Shown: piece after piece, positions 11,892 through 22,965 of the stretch | Numbering within the stretch: position 1 is the stretch's first letter | How the letters are laid out: every line of letters starts with the position of its first letter | Assembly (NCBI GenBank): GCA_000004985.1 | Contig: GG738906.1 | Length of the DNA: 64,000 nt | Source of the DNA: Naegleria gruberi | Taxonomy: Eukaryota | Reading direction: 5' to 3' (one strand) | Position numbers and translations under genes: made by a program | The notes under the pieces: generated by a model | Databases searched by the model: none | Told to the model about the DNA's origin: nothing | The model's input: only the letters and a program-made list of their open reading frames with translations

Positions 11892-14800
11892 TTACAAATA
11901 AAGGGAACTACTGAAAACAATGTCACGTCTCATTTTCTCCAAACCAATCAATAATTTCTTTTCAATAGTTTCTTCACCTATGGCCTTAGCAGCAGCACAC
12001 ATTTGTCTTACAATTTCTTCACATCGTCTCATTGATCTTACAATAGATCCTTCAAAAATCTCTGTCATTTTACAAATATCTACAAACTTGGCACCGTTGC
12101 ACCAGGCAAATGTTAAATTCATCATATTACAAGGGAACGATTGTAAATACTTGTCGGTATCCAACTCTAATTTTGACTCGATTGATACTTCAGCAACTCT
12201 TCTAGCTGCTTTTTCTAACTCTTCATAAGGTTTTTTCAATTCATCAACTAGGGCGTCTTTATCATCTTGTCTGTTTTGAGAGGATGTAACTTCAGAAGCA
12301 AAACATGATAAGACTGCAATACATTGTTCTGGAGTTAAATCAGAAAATGCACCATTATAAATCATTTCAGTAATAACTAAACTATCTGCGCTGCTCAATT
12401 CGCAGGCAACTCTACCTTTTGCTGTAATTACGTTATCTTCCGTGGCAAAACCTAACCTTCTTAATACACGCATCATATTCTTGAGTTCCTCCTTCATAAC
12501 CACTTGACCAGTTGTTTTAATTTGTTTCTTAAGAGCTTCAATTTCATTTTCGATTTCTAATTTGCTTTCAAAGAGAGCAATTTGATTCTTGTAATTAATA
12601 TCATCTTTTGAAGCATTTCCATTTGAAGCATTAAGTTCATATTGATAAAATGGACTATAGGATAATCTTGATTCCAATTGTTGAATGGTATCTACTACAT
12701 TTTTAACCTGAGCTCTTGCAATACCCATTTCTTCAACCAAATCTAGTCTTGGTACGTCTCCATACTTGTAAACAGACAATTTATCAATACTCATCATACC
12801 ATCAGTCGTTTCGGTGGTAGGTTGAGATTTGAATCTTGAAATTGTTTCCAAAAGCTTTAAAATAGTAGATTTAGCTTCTCCAGAGTTTGCATCTGGCCTG
12901 GACTTCATTTCCTTAGACAAGTAAACTTTAACAGAGCTGTAACATTCAATCAAGTCAACTGATAATGTCTTGATTATTGGCTTTGGCTCTAAAGACTTTT
13001 TGTATTCCTTAACAGGGTATGGCTCATTTGGCTTATCTGGATGTGATGGCAGTAAAATATCAATCAAGTAGTCTGAAGATTTAGTTTGGTTAATTTGCAA
13101 TTTTTCTGCGTGTTTCTTCTTGGTAAACTTGATCAAAATACCCCAACCAAAGCCATTAATTCTTAAAAGGCGACCTGCACTAAGTACAGGAATTGAATAT
13201 TTAGGTGTTGTAATGAGTTTTCTCAAATTATTGTACTCGTTTTCCAATTCTTTTTTCATGTTATAGTAGGATGATAATTGTGGCTCATTTTCAATCTTCA
13301 TTGAATCTCTCTTTACAATTGTTTCATTCAATGTTTGTTCAAAAGCAAGTCGTTTCTTTTCAGATTGGTATTGGAAAAATGATCTTTCCATAATATACTC
13401 CGGAGTAATTTCTTCTACTCTCAACAAGTTAAGCACCATGTAATAGCTCAAATGGAATGAAGAGTTTAAGCAATCAGCAATACCATTCATAAGTTGTTTG
13501 GCATCTTCCTCTCTCAAATCTGGATCGTCCATAATTAAAATAACAATACCTTTGTCATCCAAACCTCTACGACCAGCACGGCCACTCATCTGAATATATT
13601 CACCTGAAGTTAAACGTCTGGTGATTTGACCATCATACTTTTCAATACCTGTAAACAAAACAGTTTTTGCAGGCATGTTCAATCCCATAGCAAATGTCTC
13701 TGTGGCAAATAAAACTTTGATTAAACCTTCCTGGAATAGAATTTCAATAACTTCCTTCATAATTGGTAACAATCCAGAATGGTGAACTCCAATACCTTTC
13801 TGTAATAGTGGTAACATTGTTTCTACTTGTGGTAATTTACGATCTTCATCAGATAAAGAATCAATAGCATTATTAAATACCTCTGCAACCAAACTCATTT
13901 CTTCCTCGTCATTGAAATTGGACTTGGAGAGAGAGACAGCTCTTGTTTCACATTCTTTTCTGGAAAAACTGAAAACAATGACTGGTTGGAAATTTCTCTT
14001 CATAATCATATTTACCAATTTAACAAGAGATGTGTCGACTCTCTTTTTACGATCTCCACCACTCACTTTTCCTGAACTGTTTACATTTCCTGACCCTGAT
14101 CCACCAGATGTCACATTTTTTGATGCATTATTCAATTCTTCAACTGCCTTTTTCCAATTATCTTGTTTGAATGTATGTTTATCTACAACCAAGTGTATTC
14201 CCTGTCCACCAACAGGATAAATATAATGTTGTAATGGTGTTGGTCTGTAGTCTGTGTAAACCACATGAACTGGTTGTCCTTTCAATTTTGCAATCCAACC
14301 AGCAAATTCTGTTGCGTTTGGCATTGTAGCAGATAAGAAGACATATTTAACAGAATTTGGAAGTAAAATTAAAGTTTCTTCCCAAACTACACCTCTCTCC
14401 TTATCACGCATATAGTGAACTTCATCGAAAATAACCCATTGCACTTCATTCAAAATTTCAGATCCTCTATAGAGCATACTTCTCAAAATTTCTGTTGTCA
14501 TAACTATACAACTAGAGTTAGGATTGATAGTAACGTCACCAGTCATAAGTCCAACATCTGTAAATTCTTCTTGTAATTCTCTGAATTTCTGATTTGATAA
14601 AGCTTTAATAGGTGATGTATAGATGACTCTGCTTCCATCCTTTAATGACTTTGCAATAGCATATTCGGCTACTGCTGTTTTACCAGCACTAGTGTGGGCA
14701 CTGACAAGAACACTTTGTGATAATTCAATGGCACGAACGGCTTGTCTTTGAAATGCATCAAGAGTAAATGGGTATTCCTTTGCAGCTTGTTTTAATCCTA

Positions 14801-15284
14801 ATTCAACCTGTGTTTTTTGTTCCATCATAAAATTAACAATTTCGCTTGGATTCGATAAAACATTACTTGAAACTTCCGAACCATCAACACTACCCACTCC
14901 TGTCTGGGAATTAATAGAATAATTTGGAGGTAGAGCAATTTCGTGTAAACAATCGTTCTTCTCACCTAATTTACCAATAGATTTTGATGCAGAATTATTC
15001 ACAGAAACAATTGTTGGTGTACTTGTGGTTCTTGTAAGTTGTGTAGAATCATCAATAATTGTTGGTGTTGGTATGTATAAAGCTTCTTCAGGTAATGATG
15101 TTTCCGAAGTTTCCTCCGATGAAGTGATATCAACAATGACAGGCTTTAATTTCTTATTTTCTCTCAGTTCAACATCACGCTCAGCAATTTTTATTGATTC
15201 TTCTAGTGTTCTCTTTTTTGATTGTTGTTGATTGGTGGATGTTCCAAACACATTGAACAAGTCATCTTGTGAGAATGGATCCAT
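11892..15284 (-). CDS. Ski2/Mtr4-family DExH RNA helicase (exosome-associated), 1130 aa, single exon.
   Basis: Walker A AHTSAGKT, DEVH box FDEVHYMRD, an arch/KOW-like insertion and a DSHCT-type C-terminus ending ...RDIVFSSSLYL. Size and the short N-terminus resemble Mtr4 more than Ski2, but I could not discriminate the two. Confidence 0.85.
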   Translation of the reverse strand: MDPFSQDDLFNVFGTSTNQQQSKKRTLEESIKIAERDVELRENKKLKPVIVDITSSEETSETSLPEEALYIPTPTIIDDSTQLTRTTSTPTIVSVNNSASKSIGKLGEKNDCLHEIALPPNYSINSQTGVGSVDGSEVSSNVLSNPSEIVNFMMEQKTQVELGLKQAAKEYPFTLDAFQRQAVRAIELSQSVLVSAHTSAGKTAVAEYAIAKSLKDGSRVIYTSPIKALSNQKFRELQEEFTDVGLMTGDVTINPNSSCIVMTTEILRSMLYRGSEILNEVQWVIFDEVHYMRDKERGVVWEETLILLPNSVKYVFLSATMPNATEFAGWIAKLKGQPVHVVYTDYRPTPLQHYIYPVGGQGIHLVVDKHTFKQDNWKKAVEELNNASKNVTSGGSGSGNVNSSGKVSGGDRKKRVDTSLVKLVNMIMKRNFQPVIVFSFSRKECETRAVSLSKSNFNDEEEMSLVAEVFNNAIDSLSDEDRKLPQVETMLPLLQKGIGVHHSGLLPIMKEVIEILFQEGLIKVLFATETFAMGLNMPAKTVLFTGIEKYDGQITRRLTSGEYIQMSGRAGRRGLDDKGIVILIMDDPDLREEDAKQLMNGIADCLNSSFHLSYYMVLNLLRVEEITPEYIMERSFFQYQSEKKRLAFEQTLNETIVKRDSMKIENEPQLSSYYNMKKELENEYNNLRKLITTPKYSIPVLSAGRLLRINGFGWGILIKFTKKKHAEKLQINQTKSSDYLIDILLPSHPDKPNEPYPVKEYKKSLEPKPIIKTLSVDLIECYSSVKVYLSKEMKSRPDANSGEAKSTILKLLETISRFKSQPTTETTDGMMSIDKLSVYKYGDVPRLDLVEEMGIARAQVKNVVDTIQQLESRLSYSPFYQYELNASNGNASKDDINYKNQIALFESKLEIENEIEALKKQIKTTGQVVMKEELKNMMRVLRRLGFATEDNVITAKGRVACELSSADSLVITEMIYNGAFSDLTPEQCIAVLSCFASEVTSSQNRQDDKDALVDELKKPYEELEKAARRVAEVSIESKLELDTDKYLQSFPCNMMNLTFAWCNGAKFVDICKMTEIFEGSIVRSMRRCEEIVRQMCAAAKAIGEETIEKKLLIGLEKMRRDIVFSSSLYL

Positions 15285-15577
15285 GACGATGAAATTTTTT
15301 TTTCAATTTAAATGTTGATAACAAGGTAAAGTTTTGCAACTTCGAAAAAGTTGATGATGATTGTTGTGCACATGAAATACTTTCTTATTTACATTGAAAA
15401 TTTTGGCTGTTATTTGTTTGGCAACATAGCCATGGCAGAGTGCTTGATGATATTGAAAGGAAATATTGTGCAACAAGACAAAAATAGGTTTGTAAACTTT
15501 TGTGTTGGGAAACAAAAAATTAACGACTTGTTTGATTGGTTGGGCTTGTTTGTGGCAGACACAAATCAAAAAAAAAT

Positions 15578-17081
15578 ATGAGTGTGTTAGACCTGCTTGG
15601 TGATGAAATCAACAATGCAGACGGAGAGGAGGTAAGTACCTCTGTCTCCAATATTATAGGGGAGCAAGGCAGTACAAACATCGTTTCCACAACTTCATCT
15701 TTGGCCACATCATCTACTCCACAACAATCATCTTCTGGTAATAGTACCACCATCCAACGACCTCCCTCCACCACTGCTAGCACCACTAAACCTTGGGGAA
15801 GATTAGTACTGGTAAGCACCGGATGTTCTGATATTCCAAAAGAATTCTTCCTCTCCGAAGATGTTATTAATATTGGCAGAATGCAAACCAACAATGTGAG
15901 AATTTTTTCGAAACAACAATCCAAATTTGTTTCAAGAAACCATGCCCAAATTAAAAAAATCAATGCTTTCACTTTTGAAATCGAAGATAAAGGGAGCATG
16001 AACGGTACACTGGTGAACGGCAAAAAGATTCAAACCTCCAAATTAAAGTAAGTACTACTTTTAATTCTCAATAATAACTATGCGCAGACATGGAGACTTG
16101 ATTATTATTACTGGAGGACCAACAGCCAATGTCAATGATTACATTACAGTTAATGACAAGAGGAGAGAAATGTTTCAAAACGAACAAGATTGGAAATATG
16201 AACTCACTACCCAACTCAAACAAGCCTTTATCTATAGATTTGAACTTTTAGATCAGAATGCTATAATGAAAAGTTTAAGCTCTGTTATCTCAGAGCCTGT
16301 TTCAAAACAAGAAGAAAAATCTGTAGAGAATATTAGTCGAGATATTTCTATAACACAAACACAAAAACCACTTCCAGATAATAAGAGAAAGATTGACGAC
16401 ACTGATTTAGCAACTAGTGAAACTGGAAAGAAATTTAAAGCACTTTCTGATTCTTGCACAAGCGAACTCACTTGTTGTATTTGTTATAATCTTTTCGTGG
16501 AACCAACAGTTCTTGAATGTGGTCATAATTTTTGTAAACGTTGCTTGTATGAATGGCTAGCAAAGAATCACTCTTGTCCACTATGTAGAAAGAAGCTATC
16601 AAAGGGGTCATACCCTAACAGATCTATAGAAACTATTCTAAATTCTTACGTTCAACATGTTTCCTGTACTGACGAACAAAAGCTAAGAGAAGACAGAATT
16701 AAACTCATTCAACAGAAATTCGATGAAGATTTAGCTAAATTACACGGAATGATTGAGAATGCCAAGGCTAAAAAGATTAAATTTTTAAATATTAAGGACA
16801 GATGGAAACTAGAAGAAAAGAGAACCTTCAAGAATGGTGTAAAACAGTACTTTGGAAAATGCAGAGAAGATTTTTGTAATTTAGTTGGTATGACTGAAAA
16901 TTTTGTCAATAATTGCACCAACGAGGAATTAATAATTGCATGTGATAATTTGGAAATACCTGTTGCTTACATGATTGTTGGACAAGAAATTAAAACAATG
17001 AGGCGAGTTGTTGACTTTGATCAGACTAGACAAAGATTGTTGAACTTTTGGAATGCTGCAGATAATTTATTTTTCATTTAA
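15578..17081 (+). CDS. FHA-domain + RING-finger E3 ubiquitin ligase (CHFR/RNF8/Dma1-like). Exons 15578..16047 and 16088..17081; 40-nt intron 16048..16087 (GTAAGT...GCGCAG).
   Basis: FHA signature GRLVLVS...GR...VSRNHAQI...DKGSMNGTLVNGKKI in ORF 15536..16051. C3HC4 RING CCICYNLFVEPTVLECGHNFCKRCLYEW...CPLCR in ORF 16080..17081. The splice is phase-2 and yields ...QTSKLK|HGDLIIITGG. ATG at 15578 follows an A-run. Confidence 0.7.
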
Positions 17082-18154
17082 TTACTTTTTTTCCTTTTTC
17101 TTTTTTGCTTTCTTTTTAGGTTTGTTTTTTTGTATGTGTGCTTTTAGGTTGGAGACCATTTGAGTGGTTAGAATCTTGTAAGCTGCCTTATCAACACGTT
17201 CGTACAATCTTATCCTAATTAAATTTTCCTTGGTTTTGGCTAGCTCTGCAAACATTAGCACCGCATTAGAGTCAACTACAATGTAATTTAAATCAATATT
17301 TTGTAAAGCATTAAATGTGTTTTGAGTGATCGATTCACAAAACTTGGCAACAATGTCAGTCCTTAGAGGTGTTCCTTCTCCACACCCTGATAAATTAAGT
17401 TGTTGAAGTTTTTGAGATGATAACAATGCAGTTGCAATTGCTTCAAATCCCCTTTCTCCAAATGTATTTCCTTGTAATTCAAGATTTTGAAGAGAGGGAG
17501 ATTTGCTGATTGCCTCTGATGCAAGTGCTACAGCTCCTTCATCCTGAATTCCACAATAATTTAGAGATAATTTAGACAGTGAAGGGCTCCAAGCTATTCC
17601 GACTGCTAAAAGACAAGCTCCTTCATCTCCAATTTCATTATGATCCAAAATTAACGTTGTAAGAGTTTCATTGTTTTGTAAAGCACGTGATAGAGCACTA
17701 CAACCCTTGGAACTAACTCGATTGTCAATTAATTCCAATTCTTTAAGTTTTGGATGAGGTTGTAACCACTTTTTGAAATGATAAGCATTGCCATTTTCCA
17801 ACATACCTTTCCGATTAATTGTACAGTTTTATCATTCATATTGTTTCTCCAAAACGACATTTTTTCATATCCTGGCATATTTACATCTAAATTTTCCAAT
17901 AATATTTGTATTGCTTCTGTAGAACATTCTTCCGTAATAAGGAATGGAATGTTTAATGTTGGAGGACCTTCCTCCGATTTTGATAGACGATTTAGTTTTT
18001 GAACAATAGAAGGGAGGGGCACAAGACTTTTATCTTGGCAGGCCTTTTCGTAGGATTTCAAAAACTTTTTAATTGCTTTTCTATTATTTTCAATTTCATC
18101 TCCTTCCTTTGCTGATGATGATTTTTTGGCACTTGAGCTAGGTTTTGGAGGCAT
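17082..18154 (-). CDS. RNI-type leucine-rich-repeat protein with a Lys-rich C-terminal tail. Exons 17807..18154 and 17082..17768; proposed 38-nt intron 17769..17806 (GTATGT...AAAAAG).
   Basis: ORFs 17729..18154 and 17082..17804 overlap in different frames. A GTATGT donor sits exactly at a codon boundary after ...QLIGK, and the acceptor ttcaaaaag|tgg continues as WLQPHPKLKELELIDNRVSS. RNI-like repeats follow (LTTLILDHNEIGDEGA..., LSKLSLNYCGIQDEGA...). Alternative reading: two separate, overlapping genes. Confidence 0.5.
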
Positions 18155-18367
18155 TAAGGGCAGTTTTTTTTCGGTTGAAAATTTGTATTTTACTGATTAC
18201 TTTTCCATTAATTTACGGTAACATTATTAGACCGCTTATTCCAATAACAAAAGAAATACAAACAAGGGTAAGCACGAATCAGAGGATGGGCGAAGTTGTC
18301 AATGAAAAAGTCTCGTATTTACATTATTTCATAACAGTTTCGATTTACTTTTGAAAAATAAAAAAAA

Positions 18368-19991
18368 ATGGAACAGCTCTTAACGGCTAGGTGGGCTCAA
18401 CAATCTAACTCTCCCCTAGAGTCAGCACCATCATCACCGTTAAAAACAAGATTGAGCGTTTCCAAAACAACTCTATCAACAACAATTAAAAATTTTGATG
18501 CTGTCGCTAGGATTAATCAAGAAAAAACTAGCAGCCTTAATGGATTGAATTACTTGTATGATACCGATGATAGTGAATCTGATTCGGGATCTTCATCAGA
18601 CTCTGAACAAAGTGAAGCTACAGAAAAACGGTATCCATTCACTAATGCTGTCGAAGAATACAAAAAGAAAACAATCCTTTTAGGCTCATCAAGAAAAAGC
18701 AATATTTCATCTCCTCAAAATCTGCCCTCATCTCACAGAGTCGCTTCTCCAAGAAATGATACTGGCTATCAAAGTGTAAAAACAACGAAGAAAATACTTG
18801 GAAAAAATCATATCGATGAGTTAAAATCTCAAGTAGTTGATGACACATGTTTTATTGCTAATATAATCAAGGGAAGCCCAACATCAAAGAAGGAAAACTC
18901 ATCAAAGACTCCAACGATTCTAAAAAAGGAGAATGAATCAAAAAATGTTACTCCAAGTGTTAAAGAAGGTAAGTGAAACATTAAACTTATTTTAACTTTG
19001 CATTTCACAAGATGGGCTAAAATCTATTTTGGACGAACATAAATTAGACATTGAAGAATTGGAGTTTTTAGAGGTTACTTCTTCTGAAGATGATGAAATT
19101 GAGATAACAAAAGAAAAAGTTGAAATAATTTCAGGAGAAGATTCTATCAGAATTGAAAAAGAATCTGCTCGTGAATATTTTGAACGACTGTTACAGGATG
19201 CCAAAAAGAAAGAGCCAAAGGAAGTTAGAGATTACGAGAGAATGGCAGACTATGCCCTGGAAAAGTCATTGGAATCTTTGAAAAAAACTATTGACGATGT
19301 TGATATCACAAAAACTGAGACCTTCCAACATGTTTCACAGAGAAGAAGAATGTACGACTCTCTCAAGAGAGGACTAGGTGCTAGAGATTTCATGGTGGGA
19401 GTAGCAGGATCAAGCGAAGCAGCTGATGAGTTGCTCTCTAAAATTGGGTTATCACCAATCGCACCCAAGACACCTTCCTCTCCTCATCCACCTAATTCTC
19501 CAAGTAGTACTCCTCAAACATCGTCACCAGTAAAGGATAAAAAATCTAAAAGAACTAAGGAAGAGGAAGATAAAGTTCTTGACAGATTATCAAAACCGAG
19601 AAGCCATCATTTGTACAGAAAAAATGATGAAAATAATAAGAGTATTACTCATTCAGTGGCCACATTAAGCGAAAAGTTTTTGGATAGGATGAAAAATTAT
19701 GAAGAAATGAAGAAATTGAAACTTGAAGAGTTACGATCTCAAATGAATCAAAAAAGAAATCAAGATATTAGCTTTTCTCCTAGGATTAACAATAATTCGA
19801 AATCAATACATAGAAATATTAACTCTCTTCTCTCATGGCACAAAGAAAAGAGCATGAAACATGAAAAGTTGCTCTTGAAGAAACAAGAAACCGATTCAAT
19901 AATTGATTGTACTTTTTCTCCTGAAATTAGTGAGCGATCTCAACGATTGGCAAAAAGAAAACCAAACATTCCTTTATCATTGCGCGATTAA
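18368..19991 (+). CDS. Hypothetical Ser/Glu-rich protein (about 527 aa). Exons 18368..18968 and 19012..19991; 43-nt intron 18969..19011 (GTAAGT...CACAAG).
   Basis: ORF 18368..18976 ends at a GTAAGT donor (phase 1). The acceptor restores the frame of ORF 19029..19991 (...SVKE-D-GLKSILDEHKLDIEE). No recognisable domain. Confidence 0.55.
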
Positions 19992-20028
19992 AATGTATAT
20001 TAATTTCCAATAAATCAATTATTTACAA

Positions 20029-22683
20029 TTAATCATCTTGCTCATCTTCTTCATTAATGGAAACTCTCCTATTTGATTTGGGTTTTACAACAGAAAAGTC
20101 AGAAAAATCTGATCTACCTTCAAGCTCCAGATTCTGCTCATTACAAATATGAAGCATGCAAATAAAGCAAAAAGGAATAGAAGCTTCAGAAAAATCTGGT
20201 TTTCTTTCTCCTTCTTTTGGTTTTGTTGTATTAACAGTCGAGACAACGGAAGAGAAGTCAAGTTTCTTATCATCAGATGACCTTATTTCTTTCCATAAAT
20301 GTTCTTTGAGAGCTCTGACGTCAACCTGTTTGGCTTTGGATTCGTACTTGATATTTAATTTTGAGACCTTCTTTGGAGCTTCTATTAGCTTTTCACCTCC
20401 AACTGTATTTGCTGTAGAATTGAGATTTTGAGTAGCTACTTGAATTTCTTTTTCATCCAAAAGTGAGGCTGAATCATTGAGTTTGATAGTATCATATTGG
20501 AAAGTGTCTTGTTGTGTTTGATATGTTAAATTTGGATCTTGCATTATGATCTCTGTTGTCGGCTCAATAGTAGGCTCAATATTGGGTTGAGTGAGATCAT
20601 CTGTAATCATATCAAATCCACCCAAATCCATATCAAACCCACCAATTTCTGTCATTGGTTGATCGTTCTCATCATCACTTTCATCATAAAGCTGACTTGA
20701 ATGAATTACCTTCATTCCTCCTTCAGTGGTTTTCTGCCTTTTGCTCGTATCTATCACTACAGGTTGTTTAGATTTTTCAAAATTAAATCTTTGAGATCCT
20801 AATTCATTAATAGAAACAGCTTTCAACGATCTGTTTGTGAATATTGGTGGGAGTTTGAAAGGTTTCAGTAGGGTCGCCAGATCGTAGTGAAAATCTTCTG
20901 GTAAAAGTGTAGTCTTTTGAGCATTAATGGATTTTTCTGCCATTTGGTTCTTTTCTGGTTTACTACTAATTTTAAAATCTGTTGCAAAATCAATCTTGTC
21001 ACAATCTGTTAAAAAGTCAAATTTGAAAGCTTCTTTTTGAGTTCTCTTTTTTGTAGTCTTTTTGTTGGTATGAGTTGTGGATTTTACTGTTGGTTTCCAA
21101 TGGTCAATACCCGACCAATGTCTAATTTTTGTAACATCAAAGTATGCATAATCATCGTCAACAGTTAAAGATTCTGGATCCTTTTGCAACATATCAAGGA
21201 ATGAGAGTTGTTTGTCATTTTCAGATTCTTTTTGTTTTTCTTCTATTGTAACAATTTCTTCACCTGAATCTGAAGTTTGGGTTTCAATAGGCTCAGGATT
21301 GGCAAAATCAGTATCAAAAAGACCTCCCTCATCGTCATCATCATCTTCATGATCAACATTTTCAAAGTGGTCAGGAGCAAGTCCTCCAACTTCGTGTACT
21401 GCATTAATTAAGGCTGCTCCTTCACAGCCGATGGATATTTTGTGAGGAATTTCTTGTGTCATATTGAGACCAGCAATTTCATCAGGTACCATTGATTGAA
21501 TATCATCAATACCTGTTTCCAATCCCCCAAGCTCAATATCGAAATGTTGGTTTGGATTGATTTCTAGCTGTTGGAGTTGATCGGATTCCCCAACGAGAGA
21601 TGTTTTCTCCTCAGATTGAAGAGGTGGAGGTTGTTCATGATTGACTTCTTCCTCATCCTCCATCATTGATGAGTTATTAAAAGATTTAATGGTGCTCTTA
21701 TCTAGCGTAATATTATTTGCATGTTCTTCCACTTCTTCTTCTACCTGGAATGGAATTGGTTGCACAGATTGTTGTGGAATATTCTCAATAATTTTAGAAT
21801 ATTTGTAGTCCCAACTCTTTGAATCTATAATCACCTCACAACCTAACCCTAAACCCAAATTATTCAATAATAATGAGTGAGCACTCCCAACATCAAAATT
21901 ATTTGAAGAACCAGTAGAGTTATGGTATAGTGGCTCGATCATATAGTTGAGATCTAATTTTTTAACAGTAATATTGTTCACGTTTGTTTCTAATGTATTG
22001 ACTCCATATCTTACACGTTTTTTCTTTGTTTTTTCCTCTGACTTATCAGAATCCTTTCCTTCTTGGTTATTTTCTGTTTCGTCTGCTTTTCCTTTCTCCT
22101 GTGTTCGGGCAAAGCTGCCCAATACTTTATACGTCTCAGAGTGAATAGAATCCACACGAGTAGAGTAAATTTTAACGCCTGCATCCAAAGTGCAACTAGC
22201 TGTTTGAAATGTACCACCACCCAAGTTAGATCCTAATACTTCACCAATATAGTCAAGCAAGTTCAACTCCCAAGCATTTTTTGTAGTAATCTTATTCTCT
22301 GTTGAGAGTTTAATACAATTCATAAATAATTCTTCCAATTCTGAAGGAGAAACATGTCTGGAAGTTGTTGATGGTCTGTGTACTCCACTTTTCCGACTTG
22401 TTGCTCCTGCTAAAAATTTAGAAGATGCAGGAACAACACTTTTACGCTTCCTCCTATTATTCATCTTTTCTTCATCGTCATTGTTAATATCTAAATTAGC
22501 AGTTGGAGCAAATAATGTAGATTTTCTTCTGGACGATTGATTTTGTCGTACAGGAGCAGGACTTTCAATAGTGATCGATCCTGTTGAATTTCGTTTACTA
22601 GATTTTGGTGATAACGTTTCCTCTTCTTCATCTTCCTCATCTAAAAGATTATTGTCCTCTTCACTGCTATCTTGTCTTGGCAT
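20029..22683 (-). CDS. NCAPH: Condensin complex subunit 2 (kleisin CAP-H/Barren/Brn1), 884 aa, single exon.
   Basis: N-terminal kleisin motif ...LDAGVKIYSTRVDSIHSETYKVLGSF and the C-terminal winged-helix motif ...IPFCFICMLHICNEQNLEL, both characteristic of Barren/CAP-H. Acidic low-complexity middle region. Confidence 0.8.
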   Translation of the reverse strand: MPRQDSSEEDNNLLDEEDEEEETLSPKSSKRNSTGSITIESPAPVRQNQSSRRKSTLFAPTANLDINNDDEEKMNNRRKRKSVVPASSKFLAGATSRKSGVHRPSTTSRHVSPSELEELFMNCIKLSTENKITTKNAWELNLLDYIGEVLGSNLGGGTFQTASCTLDAGVKIYSTRVDSIHSETYKVLGSFARTQEKGKADETENNQEGKDSDKSEEKTKKKRVRYGVNTLETNVNNITVKKLDLNYMIEPLYHNSTGSSNNFDVGSAHSLLLNNLGLGLGCEVIIDSKSWDYKYSKIIENIPQQSVQPIPFQVEEEVEEHANNITLDKSTIKSFNNSSMMEDEEEVNHEQPPPLQSEEKTSLVGESDQLQQLEINPNQHFDIELGGLETGIDDIQSMVPDEIAGLNMTQEIPHKISIGCEGAALINAVHEVGGLAPDHFENVDHEDDDDDEGGLFDTDFANPEPIETQTSDSGEEIVTIEEKQKESENDKQLSFLDMLQKDPESLTVDDDYAYFDVTKIRHWSGIDHWKPTVKSTTHTNKKTTKKRTQKEAFKFDFLTDCDKIDFATDFKISSKPEKNQMAEKSINAQKTTLLPEDFHYDLATLLKPFKLPPIFTNRSLKAVSINELGSQRFNFEKSKQPVVIDTSKRQKTTEGGMKVIHSSQLYDESDDENDQPMTEIGGFDMDLGGFDMITDDLTQPNIEPTIEPTTEIIMQDPNLTYQTQQDTFQYDTIKLNDSASLLDEKEIQVATQNLNSTANTVGGEKLIEAPKKVSKLNIKYESKAKQVDVRALKEHLWKEIRSSDDKKLDFSSVVSTVNTTKPKEGERKPDFSEASIPFCFICMLHICNEQNLELEGRSDFSDFSVVKPKSNRRVSINEEDEQDD

Positions 22684-22713
22684 TCTTTTTTAATAAACTT
22701 TTTCAAACAAAAA

Positions 22714-22726
22714 ATGGCGGGAAAAC
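22714..22726. promoter_or_regulatory. E2F-like site TGGCGGGAAAA (reverse complement TTTTCCCGCCA), about 30 nt upstream of the condensin CAP-H start codon, in a 282-nt divergent intergenic region.
   Basis: Matches the E2F consensus TTTSSCGC/TTTCCCGCC. It is a rare GC-rich element in an otherwise about 85% AT spacer. Confidence 0.35.
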
Positions 22727-22965
22727 AAATATGCTTGTTCACAACTTTAATTTATTATTACTATGTGTTCTTTGAAATAATATTTGCTATCAGAGAAATA
22801 TAAGATTTAGTTCAGTATTATTTGGAATAATTTATGAAGATTTTTAGATAGAATTACTGTTTTATTTAATAATGTTATTATTATTAGATTAATAATTATC
22901 ATAATAAATTTTGAAATTGAAATTTAAAAAAATAAAATCCAACATCAATACTCTTCCTCTATTAA

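Noticed and set aside
15303-16023. ORFs 15303..15569, 15351..15581 and 15520..16023 in the Ski2/FHA-RING promoter and antisense to the FHA exon.
   Set aside because: They overlap the well-supported FHA-RING exon or lie in the 293-nt divergent spacer. No motifs.
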